DNA from: Candidatus Omnitrophota bacterium | GTDB taxonomy: Bacteria > Omnitrophota > Gorgyraeia > Gygaellales > Profunditerraquicolaceae | Direction: 5' to 3' | Assembly: GCA_028712255.1 (NCBI GenBank) | Contig: JAQTQJ010000003.1 | Span: 7,173-71,172, forward strand | Length of the DNA stretch: 64,000 nucleotides | In this document: piece after piece, positions 1 through 9,719 of the stretch | How positions within the stretch are numbered: the stretch's first letter is position 1 | Layout of the letters: each line of letters starts with the position of its first letter | Position numbers and translations under genes: made by a program | The notes under the pieces: model-generated | Databases searched by the model: none | What the model was told of the DNA's origin: nothing | What the model saw: only the letters and a program-made list of their open reading frames with translations

Positions 1-390
1 AAGGTCATTTAAAACTGTATAGCCGGATACCTGCAAGATGCCGTTTAAATAGACCTTAGCTGCTGCAGCATCAACCGGAAAATAATCCAGATTAAAAACT
101 GTCTGCTCTCCATCGCCTGCTCCAACCGCCTCGCCTGTAATCGTAAAGCTCGTCGGAAACTTTACCCAAAAAGTATCGAACTTGCCTTTGCGCGCCTTAA
201 AGAATTCCCAGATTAAATTTACTGCTTCTTCGTTTTCATTCTCAAGCCAGGTGTCAAGGGTGCGTATCGGTTTAGACCATTTAGACCTGCGCTTTTCCCT
301 GCCCGAGTCCGCCTGAAAAATCAGTGTAGAAAACTCCACATCCTCTTTTAAGCCGAATTCAGGAGTAAAGGTTAAAACTTCTACGCTCAT
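1..390 (-). CDS. Minor tail protein M-like, N-terminal part (gene continues past window start)
   Basis: The reverse-complement ATG at 390-388 overlaps the tape-measure stop (ATGA coupling). Translation MSVEVLTFTPEFGLKEDVEFST... resembles lambda gpM-family minor tail proteins, and it sits after the tape-measure gene as in lambda. Confidence 0.45.
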   Translation of the reverse strand, partial: MSVEVLTFTPEFGLKEDVEFSTLIFQADSGREKRRSKWSKPIRTLDTWLENENEEAVNLIWEFFKARKGKFDTFWVKFPTSFTITGEAVGAGDGEQTVFNLDYFPVDAAAAKVYLNGILQVSGYTVLNDL

Positions 391-1937
391 ATGCGGTTGC
401 GGATTGCGCTTCTTATAGGTTTATTTTTGTTTAGAGCGTCAATGATTGCGCTCTCAAAGATATCCGGATGCTGCACGAGCATATCCCGGAATGACTTTGC
501 GTCATTAGCATTGATGTAAACGTTAAAAACCTGAGCCCCTTCAGATATGCCTTCTCCGCGGTTTAGCTTACGCAGGTTATTCGCACCTAATGCTGCCATG
601 CCGCGCCTGGAAACTACTCCCTCGCCGCTCTGCGCAATTATCGGCACTTCATCGGGCGATAGTCCTGCATGCGCGTATACCGGCTGAACCTTCCCGCCTG
701 AATGATAAACCATGCCTCCTTTATGGAAAAAGGGGATCATCCCCGGGAATATTGCGCCTATGGTTTTAATCAGGATTATTTTTGCCAAAACCTCTGCTAA
801 AATATCCAGCATCATATTGCCGAATTCAACAAAGTAATCCTTGGCATCCTCAATTTGGCCGCGGAAGGCATCGCTAAAGAAGTGCTTAAACGCGCTTCCT
901 AATGACCTGGCAGTGCCTTCGCCTATTGCCTTTATGGCATCAAAGGATTGCGCTACTTCGTTAATCTTTATGTCCTTGCCTAAGTTTCTAAGCGAATTGA
1001 TAAAGCTGCCGATAGCAGCGCGCGCCTTGTCATAGCCTTTAACCAAACTGCCTTCTCCGGTAACCAAGATATTCGAGATTTTGTTTCCCACTCTCTCCAT
1101 CTCAGTATCCGAGGCATTAATCAAGCTGTCTAAATTCTCCCTGAATTTTTTGATATGCTCGGCTGCTTCTCTGTAAGGCTCGCCGAGCTTTCCGGGAAGC
1201 TTTCCTAAAACCTCGTAGAACTTTTCTAGGCCAAGAGCTAATTTGTCAAAGCCGACTAAGAGGTATTTGATCAGTTTTACAAAACCGATGTAGACCATCT
1301 CTGCGCCAATCTCTGTTGCATTTAAGACCGGCACAGCCACATCCCTGAATTTAAGAAAAACAACGATAAGAATAGACACAGCAATAGCAATACCGGCAAT
1401 CCAAGGATGCGCCAGAGCGAGCAAGGCAAGCTTACCAACTAAATCTAAAATTATCCCGCTTACCCTGATTAAACGGCCCGCAAGGCTGACCACTACTCCG
1501 CTTAAGGTTAAGAATATTCCGGTTATAGCAATTCCCTGAATAATCATCTGTTGGGTTGCAGGCGGGATACTATTCCATATTGCAAGAAGGTTACCGAATA
1601 CATTGGCCAGTTTATGCACTACCGGCACCAATGCCTCGGCAATACTGACGCGCAAAGCGATAAAAGCATTTTCTAAACGCTTAAGCTCATTGGATACGGA
1701 AAGAGAGTATTTCTCCGAAGATTTAAAAGCTAATGCCAAAGGACCGGTTATGGCAGCGCCCATAAAGGTTAAGGTTGAGCCTACCTGGGAGATCTCCCGT
1801 CCTACCTGGCGCATAGTCATGCCCAGCTGCCGGGTAGAATTAGCAAACTTCTGCAGATTGCCTTCTATACCGGCAAGGCGCTTTGAGACCTCATCCTTTA
1901 GCTTCATGATGATTTCCAGTTCCCTGTTGGTAGGCAT
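387..1937 (-). CDS. Tail tape measure protein
   Basis: 516 aa with a long helical, hydrophobic segment-rich body and the C-terminal region typical of tape-measure proteins. It follows the G/G-T chaperone pair. Confidence 0.65.
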   Translation of the reverse strand: MPTNRELEIIMKLKDEVSKRLAGIEGNLQKFANSTRQLGMTMRQVGREISQVGSTLTFMGAAITGPLALAFKSSEKYSLSVSNELKRLENAFIALRVSIAEALVPVVHKLANVFGNLLAIWNSIPPATQQMIIQGIAITGIFLTLSGVVVSLAGRLIRVSGIILDLVGKLALLALAHPWIAGIAIAVSILIVVFLKFRDVAVPVLNATEIGAEMVYIGFVKLIKYLLVGFDKLALGLEKFYEVLGKLPGKLGEPYREAAEHIKKFRENLDSLINASDTEMERVGNKISNILVTGEGSLVKGYDKARAAIGSFINSLRNLGKDIKINEVAQSFDAIKAIGEGTARSLGSAFKHFFSDAFRGQIEDAKDYFVEFGNMMLDILAEVLAKIILIKTIGAIFPGMIPFFHKGGMVYHSGGKVQPVYAHAGLSPDEVPIIAQSGEGVVSRRGMAALGANNLRKLNRGEGISEGAQVFNVYINANDAKSFRDMLVQHPDIFESAIIDALNKNKPIRSAIRNRI

Positions 1938-2254
1938 TAGTCCTTTTCCTCTTTAATTTTTATTACTTCTGCTGCAATAAGGCGCATTGCCTGGATAAAT
2001 TTAAGCGGCTGATCTAACCAGCCGCCGGGATTAGGAAGAAATCCTTCTTTAAAAAAGATGTATGCGTTTAAATATTCAATGCTCTTTATGGTAACCAGAC
2101 CTCTTGGGCATCTTGAAAACTCCCAATCTCCTATCTTCCACATCTCCGGGATGTTTGAGTCAGCTGCGCAGCCCCGCTCAAGCTTCAACGCATCGCTGCA
2201 CTTTTGGCAGTCTAGCCCAAACTTAGGCAGCCAGACTGCCAAGACTAGTTTTTT
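1937..2254 (-). CDS. Tail assembly chaperone extension (lambda T-like), expressed as a G-T fusion by a -1 frameshift
   Basis: This ORF is in the -1 frame relative to 2245-2670. After a -1 slip at AAAAAAC the reading continues K-K-L-V-L-A-V-W-L-P-K-F-G-L, which is the start of the 1937-2242 ORF. Confidence 0.5.
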   Translation of the reverse strand, partial: KKLVLAVWLPKFGLDCQKCSDALKLERGCAADSNIPEMWKIGDWEFSRCPRGLVTIKSIEYLNAYIFFKEGFLPNPGGWLDQPLKFIQAMRLIAAEVIKIKEEKD

Positions 2255-2670
2255 GCCTCTTCCTCACTCAGTATGTTCTCTGCCAAGATTACCTCAGCCA
2301 GCTCATCGATAAGCGTCTTAGGGAACATAGAAAGTATCTCTTCGCTGGCTGCGGTATAATTCTTGCCGATTATTGATACTGAAACTGAGTCAAACTTAAC
2401 CGGCTTCTTATCCCTGGGATCCAGAAAGCTATCTAGACCTTTTAAGCCGAACCTGACTACCAAAAGATTCCTTTTTGAGGCATTGATATTTGCCTTGGCT
2501 GGATCCTTAGGATTCTTTGAGCTAAACTCAAAAGAAGTGGTCTGGTCTTCGATATAGGCTCTTAAATAAGAATCAAGAGAGCCGATATGAAAAATCGTGG
2601 GGTTGTCTTTGTCCGGATCGAGTTTTGAATGATAGGGCTTAGTCTCGTAAATATTAATTCCGGTAAGCAT
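2245..2670 (-). CDS. Tail assembly chaperone (lambda G-like)
   Basis: 141-aa ORF directly upstream of the tape measure. It ends ...EEEAKN* immediately after the slippery heptamer AAAAAAC. Confidence 0.5.
   Translation of the reverse strand: MLTGINIYETKPYHSKLDPDKDNPTIFHIGSLDSYLRAYIEDQTTSFEFSSKNPKDPAKANINASKRNLLVVRFGLKGLDSFLDPRDKKPVKFDSVSVSIIGKNYTAASEEILSMFPKTLIDELAEVILAENILSEEEAKN
2248..2254 (-). promoter_or_regulatory. Programmed -1 ribosomal frameshift slippery heptamer AAAAAAC (G/G-T)
   Basis: Minus-strand sequence GCA AAA AAC TAG. The X_XXY_YYZ pattern lies at the G stop codon and the downstream -1 frame ORF is in phase. Confidence 0.55.
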
Positions 2671-2688
2671 GAGATATCCTCCTTAGGT

Positions 2689-3831
2689 TTATAAAGCTAA
2701 AATTGTCAATTCATCGTCGCCGGATGAGAGCGATCCGTTTAAATTAAAGCTGCTTTTAGCCAGCTGCAGTCCGTCTCTATCCTCATCCTCAACTTTGGTG
2801 TATTGCGCACGCGGGATGTAAAACCTGAACTTATTTCCGGCAACTGAGCCGACTATAAAATCAACTACCATCTCAGTACCTTGAAACCACTTGCTATGGA
2901 AATCATGCGCTGCGCAGGAAACCATCTCCGGATTAAATGAGCCGGAGACTTCTCTGCCGGTAATAGCAAAGGATAAGATTCCCCGCGGGTCATTCACATC
3001 ATCCCGGACCGCCAAAGTATTCCCTACATCAATATCCATCTCGCCTATCTTTGCGGAATAGGCATCCATCGAGAAAAGCGCATTTAAGAATGCGGGCGGT
3101 TTAGTGGTTTCGTAGGTTACGCCTGCAAGAAAGGACACATCCGCAACCCCGGCTTCTACCCCTTGGAACTCAAAATCCAGAAACACCGGCTCCCCTGATT
3201 TAAAGCCAAGTTTTACCTTGCCGCGGGAGCCCTTTAAGAGCTTGCGTACTCCGTCTTCGTAACTGCCCTGGGTAAGCGAAGGGATATTTTCCGAAATCAG
3301 CTTAAACTCATTGCCGACAGCTGAAGGCGCAGAAGACGTCATGGCAGTTGCGGTTGAGGTTTCGCCGGTGATGGTTTCGCCTGACTGAAATGTCCCTGAA
3401 ATAGACACAAACATAATCGCAGCTTGGCCATTGGCAGTATTAATCACTACCCTCCCCGTTGCTACAGATGTCCCGCCGGTAATGGTCTCTCCGTGCTGAA
3501 AAGGCCCGTTGGTAACCACTCCGATATCCATGGACTTTAAGGCGTTCACTCCGAATCCGCAGGCTTGAAGCAGCTTTGCCCACTCCGGCGCAGTTACAGT
3601 TGCGCCTGAGCCTCGCAGCTCTAAGCGAAAACTTAAAGCCGCTGGCCGTTTGCCGGGAATCTTAGCGATATTGGAAAAAGACGGCCTGGCAGGATTGCGC
3701 TCAAACATGGCAATGTCAAAACTCACCTTCGGGTTATAAACTAAAATCTTGGCATCAGCTGCAGCTAAAGTTTCAGCAGTGCCCTCTGCTGCCTCAATCT
3801 TCGCGGCAAGCTGTCTTTTGCGTGTAAGCAT
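2689..3831 (-). CDS. Major tail protein with internal tandem repeat GxFQxGETITG (Ig-like C-terminal region?)
   Basis: Position matches lambda V. 380 aa, with the duplicated motifs GPFQHGETITGGTSVATG and GTFQSGETITGETSTATA. Confidence 0.45.
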   Translation of the reverse strand: MLTRKRQLAAKIEAAEGTAETLAAADAKILVYNPKVSFDIAMFERNPARPSFSNIAKIPGKRPAALSFRLELRGSGATVTAPEWAKLLQACGFGVNALKSMDIGVVTNGPFQHGETITGGTSVATGRVVINTANGQAAIMFVSISGTFQSGETITGETSTATAMTSSAPSAVGNEFKLISENIPSLTQGSYEDGVRKLLKGSRGKVKLGFKSGEPVFLDFEFQGVEAGVADVSFLAGVTYETTKPPAFLNALFSMDAYSAKIGEMDIDVGNTLAVRDDVNDPRGILSFAITGREVSGSFNPEMVSCAAHDFHSKWFQGTEMVVDFIVGSVAGNKFRFYIPRAQYTKVEDEDRDGLQLAKSSFNLNGSLSSGDDELTILAL

Positions 3832-3842
3832 GGTTTAACCTC

Positions 3843-4301
3843 CTATCCCGAAACTTCGGGATCATCTTGTTTATGCTGGTAAATTATCTCAAGCTCTATA
3901 ACAATACCCGCCTGCGGCTGGCCTTCTAAGGTCTCAAAAAGAACATTAGATTTGATATTGGTGTCTTTGGCAAAACCACCCCGGGTGTAATCAGCCATAA
4001 GGGCCTTCTCCATATCGCCTAACAAGCTGTTTAAGAGTGAATCTGTGGGCTGAAGATCAGCTGCGTCCTGCCTCATCCAGACATCCAGATAAACTGTGAA
4101 TCTGCAGGTGGTAAAAGGATTTGGGCTGGGTTCTTTTTCTTCAGGCCCGGCGTTAATCACAATGCAGGGCACATTCAATAAAGAATTGCCAGACTGCCTC
4201 CAGCGCTGGACACTGGCGATATCATTGTGATAGCCGTTTGAGATTAAAATAGTTTCAAGCGCTGTCTTTAAATTTTCTAAAATGCTTTCTCTGACGGTCA
4301 T
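3843..4301 (-). CDS. Tail terminator / head-tail joining protein (lambda U-like position)
   Basis: 152-aa ORF between the capsid and major tail genes. Assigned by position only. Confidence 0.3.
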   Translation of the reverse strand: MTVRESILENLKTALETILISNGYHNDIASVQRWRQSGNSLLNVPCIVINAGPEEKEPSPNPFTTCRFTVYLDVWMRQDAADLQPTDSLLNSLLGDMEKALMADYTRGGFAKDTNIKSNVLFETLEGQPQAGIVIELEIIYQHKQDDPEVSG

Positions 4302-4903
4302 ACTTTATTCAGCGTTTTTTCAATAGATTTGTTTAAAATCTGGATGCGCTCGTTTTGCATCTCATCCCAGGTTTTGTAGAACATCAGTCTCGGCCGGATG
4401 CGCACGCTGTTCTTTAAGACAAAAAGAGGCAAGAGTTCGCGCAGTTTCTTTTTAACCTTGGCTAGGAAGGTCTTACCTCTCAGTTGAATAGGCACAACAT
4501 TTTTAAGCAATCTCGGCTGGCGGTATTGTTTTTTTAACCTGCCGTCTGCTGTAAATAATTCTTTGCGCGCCGATAAAGGCACTGCAAGCTTTCCGCCTCC
4601 TGGATTCTTAAGCGTTGCCCCTTCCTCGTGCATGCGCGCAATCTTTGAGTCTGAAAAAATCACCATACCCATGCCTTCAATATTCTGGGATAATAAACTT
4701 GCCCGGCTGAAGTGCGTGAATATGCCGTGCGGCCTGCCCTTTATTCCCGGAGGGCCCTGCAGCCGTTCCTGACGGAATGTTTTTAAGAACTTGCGGCTGA
4801 TGTGATCCATGCCGTCGGCAATCTCGTATTTAAGCTCCTTCGGAAACATCCTCAAAGCCCGCTCAAGATTCCTGGTATTTATCTCTAACGTTAATTCGCT
4901 CAT
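4298..4903 (-). CDS. Head-tail connector / tail completion protein (lambda Z/FII-like position)
   Basis: 201-aa ORF with start/stop overlap to its neighbours. Assigned by position only. Confidence 0.3.
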   Translation of the reverse strand: MSELTLEINTRNLERALRMFPKELKYEIADGMDHISRKFLKTFRQERLQGPPGIKGRPHGIFTHFSRASLLSQNIEGMGMVIFSDSKIARMHEEGATLKNPGGGKLAVPLSARKELFTADGRLKKQYRQPRLLKNVVPIQLRGKTFLAKVKKKLRELLPLFVLKNSVRIRPRLMFYKTWDEMQNERIQILNKSIEKTLNKV

Positions 4904-5298
4904 TTCTGCACCAGCAAATGCCAGATGCCCTCGTCATGGTCTAAAATATCCGCAACTATCCAGCTGATAACCGCGCCTCCGATTGTTTCAGCAAATGAAA
5001 CAATATCTCCGCCTTTATTTATTGAGGTAACACCCGCTGCTGCATCATTGGCAATAAAGATTTCACCCTGATTAAGAAGCACGCGACCGGTATCTTCATA
5101 AGCCGGATCTAAGCGTTTGCGGATTATGACCGCTTTAATTATTTTCGGCACTCCAGCCTTAGGCGTATATGTCAAATCTTCCGCAAATGCAGCTCCGTCA
5201 AGAAAAACCTTTATTACATCCTGCGTAACTTGCGATTTAAAAGTCATGACCTGTCCTTTCAAAGAAAGCCGGGGGAGATTTGATTCCCCCCGGCTCAC
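4900..5298 (-). CDS. Head-tail adaptor (lambda FII-like position)
   Basis: 132-aa ORF directly downstream of the major capsid gene. Confidence 0.3.
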   Translation of the reverse strand: MSRGESNLPRLSLKGQVMTFKSQVTQDVIKVFLDGAAFAEDLTYTPKAGVPKIIKAVIIRKRLDPAYEDTGRVLLNQGEIFIANDAAAGVTSINKGGDIVSFAETIGGAVISWIVADILDHDEGIWHLLVQK

Positions 5299-5303
5299 CT
5301 TAT

Positions 5304-6263
5304 TTAGGCGTCGACTTTCATCAGATGCGCAAAATACGGGTCAATGATCAGCTCATCGACATGCTGGCGCACGCGAAAGATATCGCTTCTGGCTGCGTCA
5401 TCCCGGTACTGTTCGACCGTTGCATTATCCGGGCTGTCTGCACTCCACAAGAAGGTCCTGCCTACGCTTGGCACAGAAAGCCTCTCTGAAGCGTCGATTA
5501 CCGCAACCAGCGCGTAGTCATCGCTCCAGATATCCGCTGAAACAAAGGCCTTGCCTTCTTTTGCGGAATTGTAAATTCCTTTGCCGACAATGATCCTCTG
5601 AATACCCAGGATATCTGCCAGGGCATTTAAGATCTCCGCTTCCGTCAGGCGCGCCACGTACTTGATGGCATCCTTTATGCCGGTATTTACAAGCAGCCGA
5701 TCAATGTTGGCCTTGCTTATAACCAAGACGTTTGGCTCTAAGCCGCTGTTCTGGCGCACCTTCTCCCGGGCCGCTCTTACCTGCGCTACGGCATCTGTAG
5801 CCACGTTATCCCAGGGGTTAGCGGAATTATCCGTATACAGAGGGGCGCCCGTAAAGGTAGTGGCGTTAAAAACTACCGCAGCAATCCGCCTTTCCTGCGC
5901 CTGCAGGACCCTGCGGGTTACGATCTGCACTGTGGTAAGCTCTGCGTCAAAATCGGTAGCATACAGGGCTCGCTCTCCGTCATCCAGAGGGCCTTCTAAG
6001 CCAAACTCCTCGCAGTTATACTGCCTGTCCTTGGCTGAAAAACCGTCACGGTTGTAATTGCCTCTTGGCGCGCGCTTGGTGTCAGCCTCTCTAGTGATGC
6101 TCTCCCGGGTGATTGCCGGGAATATGCTTGCTTTTTTCTTGGTAGAGAATATCGGCAAAACCTGAGTCCCGATAAACTCATTCTGCTGCTGGATAAACTC
6201 CAAAGCAGCCTCTCCTAATTCCATCCTTGGCACTGCTCTTGTTCCCTGATAATCAACTCCCAT
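5304..6263 (-). CDS. Major capsid protein
   Basis: 319 aa, placed after the decoration and protease/scaffold genes. The sequence has the overall look of phage major capsid proteins. Confidence 0.55.
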   Translation of the reverse strand: MGVDYQGTRAVPRMELGEAALEFIQQQNEFIGTQVLPIFSTKKKASIFPAITRESITREADTKRAPRGNYNRDGFSAKDRQYNCEEFGLEGPLDDGERALYATDFDAELTTVQIVTRRVLQAQERRIAAVVFNATTFTGAPLYTDNSANPWDNVATDAVAQVRAAREKVRQNSGLEPNVLVISKANIDRLLVNTGIKDAIKYVARLTEAEILNALADILGIQRIIVGKGIYNSAKEGKAFVSADIWSDDYALVAVIDASERLSVPSVGRTFLWSADSPDNATVEQYRDDAARSDIFRVRQHVDELIIDPYFAHLMKVDA

Positions 6264-6286
6264 CTGAATCCTCCTGTTCTGTTTAA

Positions 6287-6640
6287 TTACGCTAACAACC
6301 CTTCTACGATTTCTCCGTCTGAGCCTGTGGCTTCAAGGACCACGCCTTGAATCGATCCGCTTACTGTAGCGCTTACCTTGCCGTCAGCTGCGCCGTAGAA
6401 GCTCCCGCCTACAGCTATTGCTCCGGCTGCGACGACCTTAAAGGTCCTGCCGGTTGACTTTAGATCAACTGAGACCATCTCTCCGGACACTGCCTTGGCG
6501 CTGGTTATGCCGATAAATGCCTCGCCTGCGTCCGCATACTCAACCTGGGTTCCGCTTCCTGCGGATAACTTTACCCTGCGGTAAGCCTCTAAATCCTCTC
6601 CTGCCGTAAAAGCCTTTGAACCGATATTAAACTGTGACAT
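6287..6640 (-). CDS. Head decoration protein (DUF2190 / lambda D-like)
   Basis: Gly/Ala/Val-rich 117-aa beta protein starting MSQFNIGSKAFTAGED. Start at 6640 is preceded by GAAGGAGG. The ORF-track start at 6712 is probably an artefactual extension. Confidence 0.5.
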   Translation of the reverse strand: MSQFNIGSKAFTAGEDLEAYRRVKLSAGSGTQVEYADAGEAFIGITSAKAVSGEMVSVDLKSTGRTFKVVAAGAIAVGGSFYGAADGKVSATVSGSIQGVVLEATGSDGEIVEGLLA

Positions 6641-6660
6641 TTTACTTTCCTCCTTCGTTA

Positions 6661-7677
6661 TTAAGGTTTTCTTTTTTCTGCCGTAGCCCTTAATGCTTCG
6701 GTCATGCTGCAATTATGCTCATCCTTGTAGGCCCTGGCGAGCTCCAAGTGAGTTTTCTGTTTCTTAGGCGGATTTTTATCTGCGTCAGGCCCAAGATTTG
6801 AAGGCGCGTTCTTTTCGAGTTCTGCAAGCCTCTTGTCTTTGAATTTTCCCAGCGCAGCCTCCACGCTGTCGCCTTTTTCTATTGCCTCCTGGGCAAGATC
6901 TCCCATACCCTCAAATCCCTTAGCCTCTTTTAAAACAGCAAGAATCCTCTCGCGCTCCTTTTGGCTGCCTGTTTCCCTGCCTTCTTTCAAAAGGACTTCG
7001 GTTAAATCCGACCTCTCGGTCTTTAACATCTCCAATGTTAAAGTTGATAGTTCCATATTCTCCACCTCCTCATTTTTGTTTTTGATTATCTCGATATCTA
7101 AATCTATATTTTCGCCCTTATCCTTAAGGGCGGTAGCTGAGGTATGCTCATCCGCTCCCAAAGCGCAGAAAGAGACCTCCCTTAAAACAGACTTCCTGAA
7201 TATCGTCCCGGGGCCTTTAAGCTTCTGGCCGTTGACCTCGGCTGTCTCGCCTTCCTTGACCCTCTCAATTGCCAGAGGCGGGATGTAAATAGAAGCCTGC
7301 CAGGGGAAGCCTTCATCGGCAAGCTCTAAGGCCTCTCTGCCGTCCTCGGTCTTTTCCGAGAAAATCCCATCGGCAATAATGCCTCTTTTCTCATCTATGT
7401 GAACGCCTTCGGTCCAGCCGACAATGCGGTTAGAATTATGCTCCCGCAGCGCAGGCTTTTTCTCACGGCCTATAGAGACTCCGGACAAATCTATGGCCAA
7501 ATTTCCCCAGAGCCAGTGGTTAAGCATTACCTTCCCGCTGTGCGCAACCATGCTGAATTTCCGCTTGCTTGTTTTTTCGCCTTCTTTTAAGGCGAGAATT
7601 GCAACAGGCTCATCTGCTTCCCTGAACCTCAAGGCTGCTTTCGGTATGTTTTCGGTTTTGGAATATGGCATATTCAT
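6661..7677 (-). CDS. Prohead protease fused to a charged coiled-coil scaffold-like C-terminus (lambda C/Nu3-like)
   Basis: N-terminal half looks protease-like. The C-terminal ~120 aa are Lys/Glu-rich and predicted coiled coil. It lies between the portal side and the decoration gene. Confidence 0.45.
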   Translation of the reverse strand: MNMPYSKTENIPKAALRFREADEPVAILALKEGEKTSKRKFSMVAHSGKVMLNHWLWGNLAIDLSGVSIGREKKPALREHNSNRIVGWTEGVHIDEKRGIIADGIFSEKTEDGREALELADEGFPWQASIYIPPLAIERVKEGETAEVNGQKLKGPGTIFRKSVLREVSFCALGADEHTSATALKDKGENIDLDIEIIKNKNEEVENMELSTLTLEMLKTERSDLTEVLLKEGRETGSQKERERILAVLKEAKGFEGMGDLAQEAIEKGDSVEAALGKFKDKRLAELEKNAPSNLGPDADKNPPKKQKTHLELARAYKDEHNCSMTEALRATAEKRKP

Positions 7678-7687
7678 CCCCCTTTTT

Positions 7688-8038
7688 TTAATCGACTAAT
7701 TTCCCCTCGACGTGTCCTTTGTCGATAAGGAATTTTGCTATGATTTCCGCTACATCGTCAGCCAATGACTTCGCTGTAGTCTTGATATTCCTCATCTCGT
7801 CATACTCCCTACCTTCGATTCTGAACTCTTCGCCGGGCCAGTTGGGAATCTCGATATAGATCCCGCCCTGCTTAAAACACTTGGCTGTATAAACGACGAA
7901 ATACCCGGGCTTATCGCGATATTGGCCAGACCGATAGATTTCCTCTTCGTATTTGCATATCCGCAAATGCGTGGCCTGGTCTTGCCTGTAAATACCAGAC
8001 GGTAAACTTTCGGGGTTTTTAAGCTGTATTACTTTCAT
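7688..8038 (-). CDS. Hypothetical protein (part of the insert between the portal and protease genes)
   Basis: 116-aa ORF, tightly packed with neighbouring genes. Confidence 0.3.
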   Translation of the reverse strand: MKVIQLKNPESLPSGIYRQDQATHLRICKYEEEIYRSGQYRDKPGYFVVYTAKCFKQGGIYIEIPNWPGEEFRIEGREYDEMRNIKTTAKSLADDVAEIIAKFLIDKGHVEGKLVD

Positions 8039-9234
8039 ATCATCGATAAATAAATATCTTTTGTGTGCCTTGCGATTTCCTTCCAGGAATATCGCTTAGC
8101 TGTTTCTTTTGCCTGCCGTAACTTTTCTGGAACGGCTTTATGATTTCTGATAGCCTTAATCAAGCTCTCTGCGGTGGGCTCAATCAAGATCGCATTATCG
8201 TCATTACAAAATTCTTTCAAGCCTCCGGTGTTGCTTACTATCAAGGACGCTCCCAGGCCCATCCATTCCAGGGCGGTGATTCCAAACGGCTCGTGTAGAG
8301 AGGGCATAATCGCGATATCCGCAATCTTCATCAATTTCCACTTCTCCTCTTGAGGGCAAAAGTTAAGCCATTCGAAATTCGCGTATCGCTCCTTCATCTT
8401 CTTGATTTCATGGGTAAGCGGGTTGCATGGCTCCAATGTCGGCGAAAGGGCAGAGATCAAAACGAAATGATGGTCTTGTATTTGCCTGATCGCCTCCAGA
8501 ATCTGCCAGACCCCTTTGGTCGGGACCATGCGGCCCACGAATACCACCAGGGGCTTGTCGTATTTCCTTTTGAGTTCTTCGTCGTATTTAATGCCCTGCA
8601 AAAATTCGTAATCCACTCCGTTAGGCACCACTTCTATTTTTTCCTCCAGCCAGTACTCCTCCTGCATCGCCCGCTTGTAATACTCGGATACCGTCAACAG
8701 CTTATTGCACGAATACAAGGCCGAGCCCTCCTGCTGGATGTCATAAAGATAAAAGGGATCTTCGGGAATCCGCTCGTGGGATAAGAATAAATTAAGGTGA
8801 CAGGACAAAAGGACAGGGCATTTATACAAGGCCTTCAAATGCCTGACCACGCCCCAGAGGTTGGTATCGTGCAGATGGATCAGATCAAATCTCTCCCGGC
8901 CAAGAAAGGCGAGCGCGTTCTCGAGAAAAATATCATCCGTAATAATCTTCTGCAGAAACCCGACCCTGGTCAAAAGCTGGTTGGTGTTATAAACCTCTAA
9001 TAACCGGTAATGATTCGGCTCGTGTTTCCAATCCTCGGGCTGGACGCGCTTTTTCTTGTTTCCCATCAAATAAAGTCCGCCCTCCTGGGTGTAATAATCA
9101 GCGCAAATGAGCGTCAATTCTATGTCTTCGAATTTCCTGAGCCCATCGCATAAATAGCGGGTATGCACGCCCAGGCCACCGTTGCTATCGAACGGACTGC
9201 CATTGATAAACATGAGGATTTTATTTGTAGACAT
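8035..9234 (-). CDS. Glycosyltransferase, family GT4 (GT-B fold)
   Basis: 399 aa. The C-terminal half carries GT4 hallmarks: VVFVGRMVPTKGV...EPFGITALEWMGLGASLIVSNTGGLKEF. Confidence 0.7.
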   Translation of the reverse strand: MSTNKILMFINGSPFDSNGGLGVHTRYLCDGLRKFEDIELTLICADYYTQEGGLYLMGNKKKRVQPEDWKHEPNHYRLLEVYNTNQLLTRVGFLQKIITDDIFLENALAFLGRERFDLIHLHDTNLWGVVRHLKALYKCPVLLSCHLNLFLSHERIPEDPFYLYDIQQEGSALYSCNKLLTVSEYYKRAMQEEYWLEEKIEVVPNGVDYEFLQGIKYDEELKRKYDKPLVVFVGRMVPTKGVWQILEAIRQIQDHHFVLISALSPTLEPCNPLTHEIKKMKERYANFEWLNFCPQEEKWKLMKIADIAIMPSLHEPFGITALEWMGLGASLIVSNTGGLKEFCNDDNAILIEPTAESLIKAIRNHKAVPEKLRQAKETAKRYSWKEIARHTKDIYLSMI

Positions 9235-9718
9235 GATAATTGCCTTTTATGGTTACGCTTGCGTCCTGCGTGGCATGGGAGTTCTGAAGGACCAGTTCGA
9301 TCGTATTGCCTACAATCTGAACGCTCTTTATCCTGACCAATTGCCAGCCCGTATTGTTATAAAAGTTCCCTGAAAGAAAACCGTCATCCTCGTAAGCGTA
9401 CCCTTTCACCCACCAGTCGTAAAAAACGCAAAGGCTAATCATATTCGTGCTCATACCTGCGCTTTGGGCTTTGGCATTGTTTATGTCGGTGGTGAACATG
9501 ATGTAAGAATGCGCCCTGCGCCAGGATGAAACCGCTGCCTGCGGGACGTATAAAAGCAAATGCCCCATCTTGTAGTCCGCGCGACCCAGGGGAATAACAA
9601 GCGTGTAAGTCGTGCCTGCCGGAATAGCCTGGTTCGTGCAACCGAAACTCCCTTCTTCCCGGCCGCCTTTTTCGACCACGTCCAGCTTGCCTGTGATGGG
9701 ATTAAATTTCATCGACAT
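9221..9718 (-). CDS. Hypothetical beta-rich protein (insert)
   Basis: 165-aa ORF overlapping the GT start. Confidence 0.3.
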   Translation of the reverse strand: MSMKFNPITGKLDVVEKGGREEGSFGCTNQAIPAGTTYTLVIPLGRADYKMGHLLLYVPQAAVSSWRRAHSYIMFTTDINNAKAQSAGMSTNMISLCVFYDWWVKGYAYEDDGFLSGNFYNNTGWQLVRIKSVQIVGNTIELVLQNSHATQDASVTIKGNYHVYK

Positions 9719-9719
9719 A

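Noticed and set aside
841-1956. Plus-strand ORFs 841-1035 and 1603-1956 inside the tape-measure gene
   Set aside because: Antisense to a long, well-supported minus-strand gene. Short, low-complexity, and lacking an RBS context.
5662-6181. ORFs 5662-6057 (+) and 5996-6181 (-) within the capsid gene
   Set aside because: Overlap the major capsid CDS in other frames. Their Ser/Arg/Ala-rich composition is typical of shadow ORFs in GC-rich DNA.
8350-9000. Plus-strand ORFs 8350-8784 and 8797-9000 antisense to the glycosyltransferase
   Set aside because: Shadow ORFs. The minus-strand GT has clear family motifs.
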